From positions 8,263,679 to 8,327,678 of the forward strand of contig CAVNZM010000005.1 of assembly GCA_963693365.1 (NCBI GenBank): a stretch of 64,000 bases of DNA, given 5' to 3'. Below the pieces are notes generated by a model that did not search any database, was not told the DNA's origin, and saw only the letters and a program-made list of their open reading frames with translations. The DNA is from Amoebidium appalachense. Lineage: Eukaryota; Protista; Ichthyosporea. Numbering within the stretch: position 1 is the stretch's first letter; every line of letters begins with the position of its first letter. Below, one piece after another: positions 61,404-64,000 of this stretch. Made by a program: the position numbers and the translations under genes.

Positions 61404-63188
61404 ATGTGCGTACTGGTGCGTGGATGGATGCCGGACGTACCGGGAGCTGGAAGTACCAGGAGAAGAGAGCCGCATGTGCTGTGCATGTGTGTGTGGGCGT
61501 GTGGGTGTGTGTGTGGGTGTGGGTGTGGGTGTGGGTGTGTGTGGGTGGATGGGTGGGTGGGTGATTGGGTGTGTGTGTGTGTGATTGGGTGTGTGTGTGG
61601 GAGGGGGGGGGGGGGTGGATATCATAAGCTTGGTTTGCTCCTGGGTGGTTTGATTGGTGGCTTGTGCCGAGGCAAGCCGGGGCCCTCCTGGGGGGAGGGG
61701 AGGGGGGGCAGGGGCGAGGTTAGGAGGGGCGCGGGGGGGGGGGGGGGGGGAGGGGGGAATGGGGGGGGGGGGGGAGGGGGAGGGGAATAGGATGTGGATT
61801 CAAGTTGTTTTGCGGGATGTTGATGTGACTTTTTCTCTGCAGGTGGCGCTCAAGCTTGTGTTCAAGAGTGCTGAGTCGTACGAGACGGAGCTGGAGGAGG
61901 TCAAACTCATGCAGGTCTTGCCCTCCCTACACCCTCCCCCTCCCCAGTCTCCCCCCCCCCCCCCCCCCTCCCAACACATACACACACACACCCATCTCTT
62001 GTCCTCTTGTCTGCAATCCCACGTCGTTCTACATTTGCTTTCCCGCCGTCGCTTCCTGTTTTTCTGCTCTCTGTGCCTCCGGTCTCTCCCTTCCCCCCAC
62101 TTCTTCTCTTCTCACACACACTCTCTCTGCCCCCCTCTCTCCCTCTCTACCCCCCCCCCCCCCTCCCACACATACTCACTTCTAAACATACAGGTCTCCC
62201 CCCCCCCCCCCCCTTCCAATCCTCTAATGCAAGCATCATCCCCTCTCCCCCTTCTCCTCTCCCCCCCCTCCCCCCAGACACACACAGACACCACCCCGGC
62301 ACCCCCCACGCACGCACAGACACAAACACATGCACGGAGGGGGGGTGGGGCGTGCGGGGGGGGGGGGGGGGGGGGGAGGGGCCAAGGGGGAAGGGAGGGG
62401 GGAAGAGAGTGAAAGGGGGAGGGGGGAGGGGAGGGATGAGGCGGGGAAAGGGGGGGGGGGGGAGGGGGGGGGGGGGGGACTGTTCCTGGCTGCTCACGGT
62501 TTTGCTTTGCAGGGCCTGGTTCATCCGTTTGTCATCCGCCTGTTGGAGATGATCGACAAGGAGAGGTGGCTATCCCTCCCCCCCCCCCCCCCCCCCCACC
62601 CAAAAAAACAAAAAAAAAAACAACCCCTCCCCGTGAACCCCCAACCCACCGAACTCCCCCCCCCCCCCCCCACACACACACACACACACACACCCGCTCC
62701 ATTCACCCAAAACCCTACGTGAAACCCCCCCACCCCCCACCCCCTCTCCCCTCTCCCCCCCCCCCCCCCCCCCCCCCTTTTCTCCCCCCGCATTCTCGTT
62801 GCTTGTAGTTTTTGGCCCGTTTTTGGCCCCTGTCGATTCCAACTGCTTCTCTGCAAACCCCACCGTGTACATCCACATGCATGTTGCTAGTATTATATTA
62901 TGATGGATGGATGTATTTGTGTGTAAAAGGCGAGGTGTGGGAAGGGAGGAGGTGAAAGACAGACAAGATCGTATACATGTCTGGTTGTTTTCCTGCATGT
63001 GTGTGTGTGCCGTTTTTGGCCCCTGTCGATTCCAACTGCTTCTCTGCAAACCCCACCGTGTACATCCACATGCATGTTGCTAGTATTATATTATGATGGA
63101 TGGATGTATTTGTGTGTAAAAGGCGAGGTGTGGGAAGGGAGGAGGTGAAAGACAGACAAGATCGTATACATGTCTGGTTGTTTTCCTG

Positions 63189-63283
<95 letters not shown>

Positions 63284-63659
63284 CCACTTGTCATTGTGAG
63301 CTTGTGTGTGTGTGTGCAGATTTCTGAGTGAGGTGTAGATAGTGCCAGGAGGGATTGGGGGCAGAGAGGAGAGCGGGGGAAGAGAGAAAGAGAGAGGAGA
63401 GAGATGTGGGCAGGAAGGGGAGGTTAAGAGAGAGAGAGAAAGAAGAGAGGGCTGGTGTGTGTGTCTCAGCGCGTGGATGCGGGCACTTGTGTTTGTGTGT
63501 AGGGGGGGGGGGGGGGGAAGGCAAAGAGAAAGAGAAAGAGCTGACATGTTTTTTATGCAGTTTCCTGTGCATTGCGCTGTCGTATGCCCCAAATGGCAGT
63601 TTGACAGACTTCATCAGCAGCTGTGAAAACTGCATAGCCCCCCTGGACAAGGCCTGCCA
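55584..63659 (+). CDS. CAMK-group Ser/Thr kinase with an N-terminal extra domain, 5' part only (gene continues past the window)
   Basis: In-frame exons 55584-55643, 55988-56074, 56274-56322, 57319-57393, 58645-58751, 59401-59452, 59912-60021, 61186-61281, 61843-61914, 62513-62565 and 63561-63659. Kinase N-lobe: [49 protein letters not shown]. Confidence 0.85.
62818..63200. repeat. Tandem duplication, about 193-bp unit x2
   Basis: CGTTTTTGGCCCCTGTCGATTCC...TTTCCTGCATGTGTG starts at 62818 and again at 63011. Confidence 0.92.
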
Positions 63660-63956
63660 GTATGTGGCTTCATCTCTGATTACCCTCCGTACATTCGCGA
63701 TGTGGACAACACGTTATAATGCCTACGAACTAGTTTATAAACATGTGCACGCCACCCACAATTCGAACACGTACCTGAACACACACACACACAAGCACGT
63801 TCGTGTGGGCGGTACACACACACACACACACATGGGCGACGCATAAGCACACATGCTCACACACACAGACACTCACTCACTCACTCACTCAATCATTCAC
63901 TCACTCACCCACTCTCATTCCGTCACCTCACACATGCTCACTCGCTCGCACGCAAG

Positions 63957-63993
<37 letters not shown>

Positions 63994-64000
63994 TTACTTA

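Overview
Eukaryotic nuclear DNA (species not assigned; a protist or unicellular-opisthokont-like genome is only a guess). Short exons sit in introns packed with (CA)n/(GT)n, poly-C/poly-G and poly-T tracts, so nearly all ORFs in the supplied track are microsatellite artefacts. By joining exons at splice sites with consistent phase I reconstructed six genes in three head-to-head pairs: CCDC115/Vma22 (-) with an LCAT-like alpha/beta-hydrolase (+); a mitochondrion-targeted mTERF-like gene (-) with a 23-exon ankyrin-repeat TKL kinase ending in CaaX (+); and G6PD (-) with a CAMK-group kinase (+, runs off the window) whose N-terminus resembles that of TBC1D8/9. The most unusual non-coding signal is a cluster of highly structured RNA-like modules in intron 3 of the ankyrin kinase (25.6-27.1 kb). 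A 341-bp part of it recurs almost identically, inverted, in intron 4 of the mTERF-like gene, in the host-sense orientation both times. Also present are a TTAA-flanked piggyBac-like MITE, several minisatellites and two tandem duplications. All calls were made by eye; no database search was run.
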